Numbered from the stretch's first letter, positions 17,757-26,119 are shown. The stretch is DNA of 36,210 nucleotides from Nanobdellota archaeon (GCA_038045425.1 JBBSYD010000045.1:1-36210); one strand, 5' to 3'. A program made the numbers and translations. Notes: generated by a model not told the origin, from the letters alone.

Positions 17757-18659
17757 ATGGGAGTTAAATTACAATTAGATTATCCAGAGGCAATTTCTGA
17801 GTTTGAGAGAATATTAAGAAAATTTAATATGAAAAAGAAAATTTATAAGTTGTTATTTAGTGGAAGAGGATTGGAATTTGAGCAATTTAGGAATTTTGAA
17901 GATTCCGATGATGCTTCAGGTATAGACTGGCCAGCTAGTTTGAGGGCAGATAAGCTTTTAATAAAACAATATGTGGAAGAGAAGGACATTAACTTTTATT
18001 TTGTTGTTGAGGTGAGTAAGAGTATGCTTTTTGGTTCTGGAAATAAACTTAAAGCAGAATATGCTGCAGATATTATTCTTTCTTTAACTGATTTAGTTTT
18101 TACTTCGCAGGATAAATCCGGACTTGTAATGTTCAATGATAAGGTTGTTAATTATGTTTCTCCAAAGAATTATAAGAAACAATTTTATTCTATGGAAGAA
18201 TTATTGTCTAACATGGAAGGTTATGGCGGGGGAACTGATTTTAAAGGAGTAATAGACTTTTTACTTCAAATTATCAAGGGAAAGAATAATATGGTAGTTT
18301 TTATATCTGATTTTTTGCATATGCCTTCTAACATAGGTGCAGATTTTGATTTATTAACTAAAAAATCTGAAGTTATTGCTATTGCTGTGAGAGATTTATT
18401 AGATTTAGAATTGCCAAAGACTAGTAATTTGCTGGTTCTTAGAGATCCTATTTATGATGAGGCGTTGGTTGTGGATACTTCTATTGTAAAAAATTCTTAT
18501 GAAGAAATTACTAGAAAACAAACGCAGGCAGTAAGAGAGGTTTTTAAAAATACAGAAATAGATTATCTTGAACTTAGAGCTGATTCTCCATTTGTTATTC
18601 CAATAATACAATTTTTACAACAGAGGGTTGGAGGGATTAATCATGGCCATCTTTTCTAA
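17757..18659 (+). CDS. DUF58-family protein (degenerate VWA-like), the usual MoxR partner
   Basis: It starts 1 nt after the moxR stop. DDASGIDWPASLRADKLLIKQYVEEKD matches the DUF58 signature (D..R.IDW.AS.R...L.V..Y.EE), and the FYFVVEVSKSM strand follows it. Confidence 0.8.
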   Translation: MGVKLQLDYPEAISEFERILRKFNMKKKIYKLLFSGRGLEFEQFRNFEDSDDASGIDWPASLRADKLLIKQYVEEKDINFYFVVEVSKSMLFGSGNKLKAEYAADIILSLTDLVFTSQDKSGLVMFNDKVVNYVSPKNYKKQFYSMEELLSNMEGYGGGTDFKGVIDFLLQIIKGKNNMVVFISDFLHMPSNIGADFDLLTKKSEVIAIAVRDLLDLELPKTSNLLVLRDPIYDEALVVDTSIVKNSYEEITRKQTQAVREVFKNTEIDYLELRADSPFVIPIIQFLQQRVGGINHGHLF

Positions 18660-19590
18660 TCTGGGAATTCAACTGATATTTGACTATCCTCAATTTATTA
18701 TAGGTTTGGTATTGATTCCTATTTTTGTTTTTATTTATTTATTTGGAATGTTTTACAAAAATAAGAGAACTATTGATTTTCCAAATTTTGAAGCACTTAG
18801 AAGAACTGGATTAACTGAAGTCCATTCTAGAAATACATTTTATCTTTATATGTTCATGGTTATTATTCTTTGTTTAGTATTATCTTTGGCAGGAACAAGA
18901 ATTAGTTTTAATTCAAATAGTGGAGATTATTCTTATGTTTTAGCAGTGGATAATTCGGATAGCATGAGAGCTAAAGATCTTGAACCTGATAGATTATCTG
19001 TTTCAAAAATTGCTGCTAAGAATTTTATAAGTAATCTTCCTATGGGGGTTAAGGTAGGAGTCATTACTTTTTCTGGAGATGTAAAAATTGTTTCTTCGCT
19101 GGACAATTATAAATTGGGACATTTAGGAAAGATAGACAGTATTGATTTTAGTGATGTTGCAGGTACTAATATTAGAGATGCTGTTCTCCTCGGGGGAGAA
19201 CTTTTGAAAAAGGAAAAAGCCAAGTCCATAATTATTATCAGTGATGGACAAATTAATTTAGGTAATTTGAGTGAGACTATAGAATATGCACAAGACAATA
19301 GTCTAGTTATTAATACTATTGCAATTGGGACGGTTTCGGGAGGAGATACAGGTTATGGATTTATTTCTAAAACTGATGAGTTGACTTTAAAATCTCTTGC
19401 TTTTAACACAAATGGGAGATTTTTTAGTGTGACTAATACTCGAGAGATGAATATTTCTTTTGATGAAATGTTAAGTAATTCTGCTGGACGTATTGAAATA
19501 AATATTTCATACTATTTATTGATGTTAACTATTATTCTCATAACTTTATATTGGGTGCTTTATAATTTTCGCTTTAGAAACTTTCCTTAA
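18643..19590 (+). CDS. Membrane-anchored von Willebrand factor A protein (BatA-like) with an intact MIDAS motif
   Basis: I trimmed the start to ATG 18643 (GGAGGG at 18630-18635), which overlaps the DUF58 stop by 17 nt. It has two N-terminal TM helices, the MIDAS motif DNSDSM, then GTNIRDA and IIIISDGQ, and a C-terminal TM helix. Confidence 0.9.
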   Translation: MAIFSNLGIQLIFDYPQFIIGLVLIPIFVFIYLFGMFYKNKRTIDFPNFEALRRTGLTEVHSRNTFYLYMFMVIILCLVLSLAGTRISFNSNSGDYSYVLAVDNSDSMRAKDLEPDRLSVSKIAAKNFISNLPMGVKVGVITFSGDVKIVSSLDNYKLGHLGKIDSIDFSDVAGTNIRDAVLLGGELLKKEKAKSIIIISDGQINLGNLSETIEYAQDNSLVINTIAIGTVSGGDTGYGFISKTDELTLKSLAFNTNGRFFSVTNTREMNISFDEMLSNSAGRIEINISYYLLMLTIILITLYWVLYNFRFRNFP

Positions 19591-19807
19591 GTATATTTGG
19601 TATAAGCAGGTAAAATATATTTTGGGAGTTATTTGATGTTTGATTTGAAGATTATTTATTATTATCCGTAATACCCCATAGCTTGCTGTTGGGATAAAGC
19701 AAAGCAGGGATAGAATTTAGAAATAAAATAATTTAAGAGAAATAATTATCTGATGTATGATGAAGTTAAGTTGTTGCATAAGCTAACAAGGTTTTATTCT
19801 TTTGATG

Positions 19808-19859
19808 CCCCACTTCGTCTGCAGACGGATTTGTTCTCAGGCAAAAGCTTGCGGTGGGG
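19808..19859. ncRNA. Candidate structured RNA element: GC-rich three-stem nested hairpin (class unknown)
   Basis: The outer stem is CCCCAC (19808-19813) pairing with GTGGGG (19854-19859). It encloses the palindrome CGTCTG/CAGACG (19816-19827) and CAGGC-AAAA-GCTTG (19838-19851). This is a local GC island in an AT-rich 750-nt noncoding gap. Strand is undetermined. Confidence 0.25.
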
Positions 19860-20060
19860 AGCTTCACTTGCTGACTTGACTTTGCCGCATAAGAAAAATA
19901 AAAATATATTACTCATAAAGTTTTGACACTTGGCTCTTTTTCTGGATTTTTTAGCATATTTTGAGTCAAAAGTTAACAATTTTTTGAAAAAATAGCATAA
20001 AAATAGCTCTTTTCGGAGGAAATCCAAGTAAAAATAGGTATCTTATTCAACAATTTATCC

Positions 20061-20160
20061 ATCTGTCAAACTAATTCAAATTTTTTTGAGTGAACTTATA
20101 AGTTTACACGGGAAATCGACTAAAATTATCTGTCAAACTAATTCAAGTAATTTTGAGTAA
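20061..20160. repeat. Two direct repeats of ~33 nt with 67-nt period
   Basis: ATCTGTCAAACTAATTCAA is identical at 20061-20079 and 20128-20146. The similarity extends through TTTTGAGT(G/A)A to about 33 nt with four mismatches. Confidence 0.85.
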
Positions 20161-20343
20161 TTCTCATAAAAGCAATAATTGGAATAGTTTATTCAACAGG
20201 CGAAGTCAAGTTACTGAAGATTATTTTATGGGATTGGTAATAAGTATTATTGAATTGTATATTTGTGTGGAGTTGCTCCGCAGGTCATTAACTTGTACAG
20301 AATTAGATATTTGTAGTGCGTTGTCTTGCAGGGCATTAAAGGG

Positions 20344-21015
20344 TTACTTTTTTTTAGTTTGATTTGAGTAATATAATTTAATAATTTTATCATACAGGTT
20401 ATTCATTTTTCCTAAGATTCTTGGATCTTTTATGGGATATTTTTTTTGAATTTTTTCTAGTTTTGAAAAAGATCTTTCTGCTTCTTTATGATTCTTATTT
20501 TTAACATGTTCTTTAGATTTATTAATTATATCGATTACTTCTTTATGTATCTTTTTTTGCATTTTTAGATTTATCTTCATTTTTTTCATGTCTAATTCGT
20601 TCAATGGAATATTTTTTATTGAAACTTTAAGAAGAGAAATCATTTTTTTCATTGTTTTTTCATCCATATCCATATCTTTGTAATAATACTTAAGCATTAA
20701 TTCAGAGAATTCTTTTTGTTCTGGCATTTTTACTTTTTCAAAGAATGTAATTATCTCAGAATAAGGGGCATTTAAGTCTAGTTCATAGTAATCATTAAAC
20801 AATTTTTTAGAAATTGTCCTTATTTTATCCATTTTTTTCTCTAAATCTTTTATCTTTTCTAATTCAGAAACTTTATGTAAGTAATACTCAATTATCTTTT
20901 TTTTATTGTCTAGAGTTAGGAGTTCTCGTTTATTTAGTCTTTCTATTAAGTAAAGAATTACTAATAAGACTATAGCTAAGGTTATAATTACAATTATTGC
21001 GGTTTGAATTTCCAT
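20344..21015 (-). CDS. N-terminally anchored K/E-rich coiled-coil protein (223 aa)
   Basis: It has an ATG start and an N-terminal TM helix (AIIVIITLAIVLLVILYLI). The remainder is a Lys/Glu-rich helical sequence. Confidence 0.7.
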   Translation of the reverse strand: MEIQTAIIVIITLAIVLLVILYLIERLNKRELLTLDNKKKIIEYYLHKVSELEKIKDLEKKMDKIRTISKKLFNDYYELDLNAPYSEIITFFEKVKMPEQKEFSELMLKYYYKDMDMDEKTMKKMISLLKVSIKNIPLNELDMKKMKINLKMQKKIHKEVIDIINKSKEHVKNKNHKEAERSFSKLEKIQKKYPIKDPRILGKMNNLYDKIIKLYYSNQTKKK

Positions 21016-21133
21016 TTTTCTCTTTTAATATCTTATATCTCGGGGAGTATAAAAAGCTTTTTAGTCGCTTAGAGAGGGATTTTTTGGATGCCCGTTAGTC
21101 AATTAATTTTATTATCGCTGAAGAGATAGAAAC

Positions 21134-21143
21134 TATTATAAAT
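21134..21143 (+). promoter_or_regulatory. TATA-like box for the 21164 gene (leaderless)
   Basis: TATTATAAAT is centred about 25 nt upstream of ATG 21164, with no SD. Confidence 0.4.
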
Positions 21144-21163
21144 GTAGTATTATTCTATATTTT

Positions 21164-22810
21164 ATGAGGAAAGAGGGCAAGAGTATGTTTGTGAGAAATG
21201 GGTTTTTGATTGCTATTTCATTTATTTTTTTATTGAGTTTTGTGTCGGCAGAGTTTGATTTAACTATTACTTCTAGTGTTGCCGGGGCAGGTGGGCAGAG
21301 TGATTTAGTTATAGATACTAGTTCTTTGGCTAGTTCTGGAGTTGATGGATTTGATTTACAAGTTCCTAGTCTTCCTGAAAGTAGTCCATCGTTGATATCT
21401 TCAGTTGTTGGAACTTCTTTGGTTATAGATAGTTCAAATGTAGATGCAAGAACTTTAAATTTAAGTTATGGACCAATTACTTCAGCAAGTACTTTAGTAT
21501 TAGATTCTGCAGCGTTTAGTTCAAGTTATTCAGTAAGTTTACAAAGTTGTGGAAGTGATACTACTTATACTTCATGTGGGGCGAGTACTACTTTATTAAG
21601 TGGAGGAGATTCTTTAACTTATTCTTTGGGTGTAGGAGATATCGTTGCAGGATATAGATATTTTAAGATGAGTGTTAGTTTGACTAGTATAACTGTGGAT
21701 GTAAGTGATTCTGGAGATTCTAGTGGCGGAGGCGGAGGTGGAGGCGGAGAGGCATTGTTGGAATTGATTGCTCCTATTGTTTCTTCTTTAAATGTTAATG
21801 AGAGTGCTGGAGTTACAGAACAAATTAGATTCAAATATTCTGGAAATGTACACCATGTTTCTATACAAAGCATACGAGAAGGAGAAGCAGATATTGTTGT
21901 TCAGAGTGTACCTCAAAGGGCAACATTACTATTAGGTGAAAAGAAAAATTTTGATATTAATGAAGATGGAGTTGATGATGTTTCTATTAAATTATCGAGT
22001 GTAGATATAGATAGCCAAAGAATAGTTTTGGAAATTGCTCCTTTGAAATCTAATCTAGATTTAAGTGTAGATGTTTCTTCTTTAGTGTTTAATACTATTA
22101 TTGAAAAAGATTATGAAAAAGAAGTTTTGATTACTAATAATGGTGCGCAGGATTTAGAATTGAGTATAGTTATAGATGGTCTTGAGGGTTCTTTGAAGTC
22201 TAATGAGAATAAAATAAGTTTGAAATCTGGAGAATCTAAGAATGTGATGTTTGAAGCTAATACCAGAAGAAAGTCGGTGTTAAATGGAAAAATTTTATTT
22301 AAGTATGGGAATCAAGTAGCTTTGGAGATTCCAGTAATTATTAATGTGAGAAGTGCTAATTTTTTGTTTGATGTTGTTCTTAATGTTCCTGCGGGATTCA
22401 AGTTGATTAGTCCCGGAGAGACTTTGAGAACAGAAGTTAATTTGATTGAGGTAGAAAATCAGATAGAGAATGTGGATGTTGTTGCTACCTATGTTATAAA
22501 AGATTATTATGGAAATGAGTATCTTAAGGATAGTGAGACTTTTGCAGTGAGTGGAAGTAAAAGTTACGTAAAAGAATTTGATACTTCTAAGTTACCAAAT
22601 GGGAAGTATGTTGTTGGACTGGAAATTGTTTATCCTGGAGCTTTTGCAATATCTAGTTCTGAATTTGAAGTTGGAAAAAATACTATAAATAATACTATTT
22701 TGTTTATTCTGGTAGTTGTTGTTATTTTAGTTAGTTTAGTGGGGTTGGGAGTCTGGAATAGAAATAGAACTAGCGTAATTAGCTCAAAGGTAAACAGACG
22801 TAAGGTTTAA
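21164..22810 (+). CDS. Anchored surface protein: Ser-rich distal region, Gly hinge, CARDB-like domains, TM anchor
   Basis: The signal peptide is FLIAISFIFLLSFVSA|EF. Eight Gly codons sit at 21725-21748. The CARDB-like segment reads LNVPAGFKLISPGETLRTEVNL..GKYVVGLEIVYPG. The C-terminal TM helix is followed by NRNR. Confidence 0.85.
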   Translation: MRKEGKSMFVRNGFLIAISFIFLLSFVSAEFDLTITSSVAGAGGQSDLVIDTSSLASSGVDGFDLQVPSLPESSPSLISSVVGTSLVIDSSNVDARTLNLSYGPITSASTLVLDSAAFSSSYSVSLQSCGSDTTYTSCGASTTLLSGGDSLTYSLGVGDIVAGYRYFKMSVSLTSITVDVSDSGDSSGGGGGGGGEALLELIAPIVSSLNVNESAGVTEQIRFKYSGNVHHVSIQSIREGEADIVVQSVPQRATLLLGEKKNFDINEDGVDDVSIKLSSVDIDSQRIVLEIAPLKSNLDLSVDVSSLVFNTIIEKDYEKEVLITNNGAQDLELSIVIDGLEGSLKSNENKISLKSGESKNVMFEANTRRKSVLNGKILFKYGNQVALEIPVIINVRSANFLFDVVLNVPAGFKLISPGETLRTEVNLIEVENQIENVDVVATYVIKDYYGNEYLKDSETFAVSGSKSYVKEFDTSKLPNGKYVVGLEIVYPGAFAISSSEFEVGKNTINNTILFILVVVVILVSLVGLGVWNRNRTSVISSKVNRRKV

Positions 22811-22816
22811 AATAAT

Positions 22817-24022
22817 ATGAAACTATGTGATAAAATGAAGGGGATGATTAACGGGGTTTTAGTATTAGTTATTATAGTATGGTTAACTTCTTTGGGAGTT
22901 GCTCAAGGAGAAGTTTCAGAGACTTTTGATTTGAATAGTTTGGTTATGAAGTCTACTCTTAAACAAGATAGTTCAGTTACTAAGGTGTTAACTATCAATA
23001 AAGGAAATGGACAGCAAATTAATCTTGAAGTTGTTGGTTTGACTGGAATTAGTTTAAGTGAAGGTAGTTTTATTTTGAATGATGTTAAGAATGTAAACGT
23101 TAAATTTGATTCTTATGGACTAGCTGATGGAGTTTATATAGGAAGTATCAAAGTGAGCGATAGTAAAAATTTTTATTATCTTCCTGTTATTTTAGAAGTA
23201 GAATCTGATGAAGTGTTATATGATGTTAATTTAGACATTCCTCCTGTTTATTCTTCGATTGCGCCTGGGGGTAAATTGATTGCACAGGTTAAGGTTTTCG
23301 ATTTAACTTCTGGGGGAACTGGTGCAGGATTGGGAGTGAATTCAGTTGATATAGAGTATACTATTAAATCAGTTACTGGAGAGGTAATTAGTTCAGAATT
23401 GGATAATATAGTAGTCGATAAACAAAATCAAGTTACTAAGGCAATTACTTTTTCTAAAAATATTCCTAGTGGAGAATATGTATTTTCGGTAGTTGTAAAG
23501 TATAAGGGCAGTGTTGGAGTTTCTAGTTACTTGTTTAGCATAGGCAAGAAATCTGGAGAAAGTATTCTTACTGGATTATTTAATGGATTTTCTACTTCTG
23601 TTGTGGTCATTACTTTATTGGTTTTGGGTTTCTTTTTTAGTTTAATTTGGCTTTTTGTTTATGCTGTTAAAGATAGAGACAAGATGATCCTTGAAATGAA
23701 AGAACATATGGAAAATGATTATAAAAGAAGTTTAGATTTAATAAATAGACAGGAAAGAGCATTAAGAGCTAAGGGAATTCCTGAGAAGGAGATTGTGAAA
23801 GAGAAAATCAAGAAGATAAAGAAATTGGAGATTAAACATGTTCAGGCTAAGAAGCATGTTGAAAAATTGAAGCATACTAATAATAACGGGGGAATGGAAA
23901 AAAAGTTATTGGAATGGAAGAAGAGAGGATATAATACTCAAGGAATGGAATATAAGCTTTCTGGACTTAGTGTTGGAGAGATGAAGAAAATTATTAATGA
24001 ATGGAAGGAGGAATACAAATAA
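22817..24022 (+). CDS. Bitopic protein: extracellular CARDB-like domains, TM helix, cytoplasmic K/E-rich coiled-coil tail
   Basis: It has a signal peptide (the start could be 22817, 22835 or 22844). The CARDB-like segment LDIPPVYSSIAPGGKLIAQVKVFDL..GEYVFSVVVKYKG is paralogous to the 21164 gene. The TM helix is VVVITLLVLGFFFSLIWLFVYAV, followed by a ~120-aa charged helical tail. Confidence 0.8.
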   Translation: MKLCDKMKGMINGVLVLVIIVWLTSLGVAQGEVSETFDLNSLVMKSTLKQDSSVTKVLTINKGNGQQINLEVVGLTGISLSEGSFILNDVKNVNVKFDSYGLADGVYIGSIKVSDSKNFYYLPVILEVESDEVLYDVNLDIPPVYSSIAPGGKLIAQVKVFDLTSGGTGAGLGVNSVDIEYTIKSVTGEVISSELDNIVVDKQNQVTKAITFSKNIPSGEYVFSVVVKYKGSVGVSSYLFSIGKKSGESILTGLFNGFSTSVVVITLLVLGFFFSLIWLFVYAVKDRDKMILEMKEHMENDYKRSLDLINRQERALRAKGIPEKEIVKEKIKKIKKLEIKHVQAKKHVEKLKHTNNNGGMEKKLLEWKKRGYNTQGMEYKLSGLSVGEMKKIINEWKEEYK

Positions 24023-24030
24023 TCGAAGGG

Positions 24031-24038
24031 TATAAAAA
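24031..24038 (+). promoter_or_regulatory. TATA-like box for the 24063 gene (leaderless)
   Basis: TATAAAAA is centred about 28 nt upstream of ATG 24063, with no SD. Confidence 0.4.
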
Positions 24039-24062
24039 CTAGATTTATTATATAATGTTAAG

Positions 24063-26117
24063 ATGGTGAAAAGTGAGGCGATAAAAAAGGAGTTTAATGA
24101 ATTTGCTAAGAAGATTTCTGATTTGGAATCTTTAAGGCAGGAATTACATGGATTAGATTATTCTGGATTTGAAAAAGAAGCGAAGATAATTGAATCTCAG
24201 TTGCATGATGTTAAGGCACTTCCTCAAATACGAAGAGAATTAGATATCCTGAGAGAAAAAATTGCAAGAAAAGTTGTTTCTAATAATCCTGAGCTTGGAG
24301 GAGTTAAGAAAAAGATAAGGGAAATTGAAAAAGAGTTGGAGAAGAGGAGGAATGAAAAGGCGTTGAATAAATCTGAAATGGAAAATGTTAAGGATATTCC
24401 TAAACTTGAAGGGGAATTACATTCCTTGAATAGGAAAATGAGTGAGCATCTAGGGCATGCTAAGGTTAAAGTTGATTCTGGAGTTGGAGTTTTAGTGGAT
24501 AGTAAGTTTGATGATTTTATTGAGGAGATTAAAGGAGAATTAAGCAATAGAGTTAAAGATAAGGAAGAGGCAATTAAACAGAGATTGACTAATGATTTGA
24601 ATGAGAGAGAGCAGGTTTTTGCAGAGCATTATAAAGAATTGGTTAAGGAATATCATAATAAATATGCTGAAAGGGTAAAGAATGAGTTACATAAAGAAGT
24701 TAGAGAGAAATTTAATGAGGAATTAAATGAGAGGTTGAAGCAAGAAGAAAAAGAGATTATCTCTTCTTTAATTAAAGAAAATAATTTGAAATTAGCTAAG
24801 GAGAGAGAAGAGTTATTGGTTAAGTTAGATAAGGAGTATGCTAATAAGAGTGCTAAGTTAGAAAGAGAATCTGCTGATAAGTTGAAGAAAGAAGAGGCAA
24901 GGTTGAGTTCAAAGAGTTCTGCTTTTTCTGAAAAATTGAAAGAATTAGATGAAAAAGAGAAAGTTTTAGTTATTAAAAATGATAAAGATAGAAAGAAAAT
25001 ATTGGAAGAAAAAGCTATTTTGGATTCTACTCTTGCAAAGTTGAAAAGGGAAAAAGAAGAGAATTTACTTAGAGTAGAAGAGCAGTTAAGAAAGCATAAA
25101 GAATTTTTAGAAGATGCTCAAAAGGAGAAGAAAAAGATTGCTTCTGAAAAAAATAAGATTTCTGGAACTGAAATTATGCTGAAAGAGAAAAAGGAAAAAT
25201 TAGAGAATGAGATTGCTGAGAGAAAAGTAAGATTTGAGATGATGTTAAAAGAGAAAAATAAGAATTTAGCAAAGAAAGTTCAAGAGGTTACAAGTAGTGT
25301 TGAAAGAATGTCTAACGAGAAAAATGAAAAACTTGAAAGAGAGATTATTGAAAAAAGAAAGAAGGCAGAAAAAGAAGCATTGATGATTGCGAATAAAGAA
25401 AAAAAGAAAGTTGAAAAGGAGATTATTGAGAATATTAAGAAAGAGAAAAAAGAATTTTTGGAGAAGGCGAAGAAGAAGGAAAAAGAAATCAGTTTGATGA
25501 AGAAAATTGTTTCTCAGGCAGAAAAGAAAGTTAAGGGTGAAAAGAGGATTGCTGTGCAGGAAATTTCGAAGAAACAAAGAGAGCTTAAAAATAAATTTGT
25601 AAGGTTGAAGAAATTGGAACAGAAACTTGGTAAAACCAAGGAAACAGAAAATAAGAAAATTGCTAGAAGTAAATTGAAGTTGGGGAGAATTATTACTAAA
25701 TTGAATGTTCGTGGGCAGAGGGAAATAGAAAAGACGAAAATTAAAATAGAAAAACAGTTGGAGCAGTATAAACAGAGAGAAGATAATGAGTTTGGAAAGA
25801 GAGTTAATCTTGCAAAGCAACAGATTAAGAAAGAGATGCAAGAGAGATTTACTAAAGTTCAAGCTCAACAGAAAATACTTATGAATGCTGAAAAACAATC
25901 TTTTGCTTCTAAACTTAGGGCGGAATTAAGGAAAGAAGAAGAGCAGAAAGTTAAGCATTTGGTTTCTGTGAAGGAGAAGGAATTGAGGGCAGTGTTAGAT
26001 AGTGAGTATAATTTGAAGTTGCAAGAGGAATTAAGAAAGAGAGAATCTGCATTACAAAGTAAGAAAGTCGAACTTGAGAAGCATATTATGGCTCAGGCAA
26101 GAAGATTGTTTAAGTAA
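24063..26117 (+). CDS. 684-aa soluble K/E-rich coiled-coil protein
   Basis: This is a long uninterrupted ORF of heptad-like charged sequence with no TM helix or signal peptide. Codon usage is consistent with its neighbours. Confidence 0.8.
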   Translation: MVKSEAIKKEFNEFAKKISDLESLRQELHGLDYSGFEKEAKIIESQLHDVKALPQIRRELDILREKIARKVVSNNPELGGVKKKIREIEKELEKRRNEKALNKSEMENVKDIPKLEGELHSLNRKMSEHLGHAKVKVDSGVGVLVDSKFDDFIEEIKGELSNRVKDKEEAIKQRLTNDLNEREQVFAEHYKELVKEYHNKYAERVKNELHKEVREKFNEELNERLKQEEKEIISSLIKENNLKLAKEREELLVKLDKEYANKSAKLERESADKLKKEEARLSSKSSAFSEKLKELDEKEKVLVIKNDKDRKKILEEKAILDSTLAKLKREKEENLLRVEEQLRKHKEFLEDAQKEKKKIASEKNKISGTEIMLKEKKEKLENEIAERKVRFEMMLKEKNKNLAKKVQEVTSSVERMSNEKNEKLEREIIEKRKKAEKEALMIANKEKKKVEKEIIENIKKEKKEFLEKAKKKEKEISLMKKIVSQAEKKVKGEKRIAVQEISKKQRELKNKFVRLKKLEQKLGKTKETENKKIARSKLKLGRIITKLNVRGQREIEKTKIKIEKQLEQYKQREDNEFGKRVNLAKQQIKKEMQERFTKVQAQQKILMNAEKQSFASKLRAELRKEEEQKVKHLVSVKEKELRAVLDSEYNLKLQEELRKRESALQSKKVELEKHIMAQARRLFK

Positions 26118-26119
26118 GC

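Noticed and set aside
19750-19765. C/D-box sRNA suggested by CTGATGTATGATGA (RUGAUGA-like C box)
   Set aside because: No properly spaced D', C' and terminal D (CUGA) boxes follow within 50-70 nt, and no terminal stem is present.
19808-19859. tRNA, or a split tRNA half as in Nanoarchaeum
   Set aside because: The closed structure is only about 52 nt. The first hairpin has no room for a D-loop with GG, there is no GTTCRAATC-like T-loop, and no 7-nt anticodon loop can be drawn.
20061-20160. Calling the direct repeats a CRISPR array
   Set aside because: There are only two good copies, four mismatches in 33 nt, no cas genes in 36 kb and no recognisable leader. I kept it as a repeat feature and an open finding, not as a CRISPR.
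19753-20362. Possible small proteins in the long gap: a 57-aa plus ORF (19753..19926), a 77-aa minus ORF (19794..20027) and a 69-aa plus ORF (20153..20362, TTG start)
   Set aside because: The first two overlap each other on opposite strands exactly over the GC-rich hairpin element and use codons that are rare elsewhere in the window. The third begins with TTG inside a repeat and has no recognisable features. I treat the region as noncoding pending evidence.
24224-25898. Minus-strand ORFs 24224..24547 (107 aa) and 25266..25898 (210 aa) inside the 684-aa gene
   Set aside because: They are Phe/Leu/Ser-rich mirror images of the Lys/Glu-rich AAG/GAA-type codons on the plus strand. They have no promoter or SD. 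This is a typical antisense artefact of low-complexity coding sequence.
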